Below, in pieces: positions 63,250 to 64,000 of a DNA stretch of 64,000 bases. The DNA is from Hemiscyllium ocellatum (lineage: Eukaryota): positions 19,491,299 to 19,555,298 of the forward strand of contig NC_083436.1 of the NCBI RefSeq assembly GCF_020745735.1, given 5' to 3'. The notes beneath the pieces were generated by a model that saw only the letters and a program-made list of their open reading frames with translations, did not search any database and had not been told where the DNA came from. Both the position numbers and the translations under genes were made by a program. Each line of letters begins with the position of its first letter. Positions within the stretch are counted from its first letter, which is position 1.

Positions 63250-63837
63250 TATGGCATGTCACATTCTACACCACACAAATGCCAGACAATGATGATCTCC
63301 ACTGAGAGACAATCTAACCATTGCCCCTTGACATTCAATGGTGTTACCATTACTGAATCCCCCACTATCAATATCCTGGGGAAGGGGTTGGTGATGGAAT
63401 ATTTCACACTTGGGAAGGGTGCAGCTTCAACAACACTCGAGTAGCTTGATACCATCCAGAACAAAGCAGCCCACTTTATTGGCACCACATCCAGAAGCAT
63501 CCACTCCCTCCATCACTGACACTCACAGAAGTGTGTATTCTTAGACAGCACCTTCCAAACCCACAGCTCCTCCCATTTGAAAGCACAAGGGTAACAGATT
63601 CACGAGAACACCACCACTTCAAGGTCCCATCCAAGCCACTCACCATCCTGACTTGGAAATACATTGCTGTGTTCCTTCACTGACATTGAGTCAAAGTCTT
63701 GGAATTCCCTTCCTAAAGGCATTGTGGGTCGATGTACAGCAAATGGATTGCACCACCATCTCAAGAGCAACAAGAGAGCATAATAAATGCTGTTCCAGCC
63801 AGGAACACCCATACCCTGGGAGTGAATAATTAAAAAG
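63250..63837 (+). mobile_element. L2/CR1-superfamily LINE 3' fragment (second LINE family); related - strand piece at about 2415-2650
   Basis: Decayed RT C-terminus and tail taataaatgctg..ccagcc..cccat..gaataa, shared with the SINE at 50035. Confidence 0.65.
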
Positions 63838-64000
63838 ACCCTAAATAAGTGTAAATTGTTAGAGAAGTGATTTAAAATGAAACTTTGGTTCCAGTTACTC
63901 AAGATAGTGCCAAATAATTGTTCAGTTCTGATTATTGATGATATTGTACAAGAGCTATTAAGCACAGTGATGTAATTAAGCTGGATCTAAAGTGCTTCAG

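Noticed and set aside
62946-63965. ORFs of 119-169 aa near the window end
   Set aside because: They overlap a decayed LINE and a CT-rich simple repeat; not credible host genes

Overview
Eukaryotic (vertebrate) genomic DNA, very probably a shark or other elasmobranch: it carries HE1-type V-SINEs and abundant CR1 LINEs, and no prokaryotic features. Two + strand protein-coding genes are visible. (1) A complete 8-exon SETD7 (SET7/9 lysine methyltransferase; CDS 8757-31044, 1101 nt, 366 aa, colinear with human), with a notable Asn265->Ser change at the AdoMet-binding site. (2) The first three coding exons (121 aa, three TM segments, 55993-59399) of an uncharacterised MS4A/CD20-like membrane protein. 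Its probable CpG-rich promoter lies near 40.2-40.6 kb and the gene appears to run off the window end. The rest is dense nested transposon debris: CR1 and L2/CR1-superfamily LINEs, SINEs, a Tigger-like MITE, LTR-like remnants and about four Penelope-like (PLE) families. The most striking structure is a dispersed set of PLE-derived inverted/fold-back insertions built around minimal type I hammerhead ribozyme motifs (CTGATGA...GAAACGTC). They range from a young 1.9-kb Neptune-type element with an open RT + GIY-YIG frame, through 150-200 bp hairpins, to a 99-bp solo ribozyme cassette. Most carry 13-14 bp target-site duplications and a one-sided tail, and the youngest share a fixed right end. All calls were read by eye; repeat boundaries without TSDs are approximate.
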